NCBI GenBank assembly: GCA_973895155.1
Contig: OZ316893.1
Coordinates: 15,778,645-15,842,644 of the forward strand
Direction of reading: 5' to 3'
Length of the DNA stretch: 64,000 nucleotides
From: Marsupella aquatica
Taxonomy: Eukaryota > Plantae > Marchantiophyta
Made by a program: the position numbers and the translations under genes. The notes beneath the pieces were generated by a model. That model was not told the origin of the DNA. It did no database searches and was given only the letters and a program-made list of their open reading frames with translations. Below are positions 62,993 through 64,000 of the stretch, in pieces. Every line of letters starts with the position of its first letter. Position 1 is the first letter of the stretch.

Positions 62993-64000
62993 AAACCGTT
63001 CCCAAAATACTGATACTTCTGCGATGCCGAATACTAGCGCTGGACGGTTATAGGCAAAACAAACACAAACGCATCATGCCAAATACTAGCGCCGGGCGTT
63101 CAAACCCTAAATAATGAAACATCAATCGCCCAAACATGCCGAATACTAGGGTTGGGCGCTGCTTTGTGAAGCAAATCACGAGAACGTAGGAGTGATGTTC
63201 AGGCTAAGATCCAACTAGAAACCAAACATTTCCAACAGTCTAAGTTCAATATCAAAGTACAAAAGCAGGACTTAACCAAGGTATCTGAGTCAGAACTTGA
63301 AACGGGAAATTGAAAGAAAAGAAACCCGATATTTTTTCTTCAAATCAAACATATTGTCCTCGATGTACAAATATTGCTACAGGGAAACTCTAAAGTTTCA
63401 GACAGAATAGAGAGCATAACAAGAGAATTCCTTGTAACCATAAAATTGTAACTAGCGCCAGGCGCTAATACTCCTGGTGGGTGCTTCCTCGTACCATGTC
63501 CTAGCTCGAAGAGTGACAATCATTGTCAATCCCAGCGTCCTGACAATCTGGATCTTGGCGGAAACCATGTAATCAGAAGTTGACATATGCTCTCGTGGGC
63601 CGTCAATGCACTGGTCTCCGAAAACCGACTTCTAGGAGATTTGTATCTTGAAAGTTGTCACGTCGTCAGCCTAGGCCTTAACTCGGGCTTCGGCTTAGAC
63701 AGGCACATCCGTTGTCAATATGAGGGTTCGGGCAGGGAGGGAGGCACGGAATGCACCTAAATCACATAAACTAGCGCTAAGTGCACCTATTGTCATATAC
63801 AGACACCTCTTAGGTATGGTTTGTGTTCCGCCGCCGGAACATACCTCAGTCGATAGCAGGATCAACCCCGACTTACGGGCTTCTAAGCCTTTGTGTTGTC
63901 CGCCTTTGATCCGGATTCGATGGTATGGGTACTAAACCCGGGCTCGCAACCACTTACCCGCAAGCTGCACCCCATGCATGACTTGGGTAGTGCGTTTGGC

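Overview
This is eukaryotic nuclear DNA from a plant. A non-seed plant such as a bryophyte or lycophyte is likely, but that is inferred from the element types. One intact host gene is visible, a GRAS transcription factor (38196-40367), set among nested transposons, many of whose boundaries can be read from target-site duplications (TSDs). Two systems stand out. (1) A Ty3/Gypsy family whose polyprotein carries a DNMT3-like C5-cytosine methyltransferase between protease and RT, plus a PHD finger after integrase; there is one near-complete degenerate copy on + and a 3' fragment on -. (2) A 9.75-kb hAT element (8-bp TSD tatatcat, long inverted arms) whose DDE transposase lies convergent to two cargo genes, a non-RD protein kinase and a coiled-coil/RING-H2 protein. 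Also present: a chromovirus with non-canonical AGT...ACT LTR ends, a 4-kb TG...CA insertion carrying an ORF, a family of CCC...GGG elements with 8-bp TSDs (one carrying a captured EF-hand fragment), a CACTA derivative, a LINE remnant and a GCM/WRKY-like zinc-finger ORF. All protein calls come from reading motifs by eye; no searches were run.
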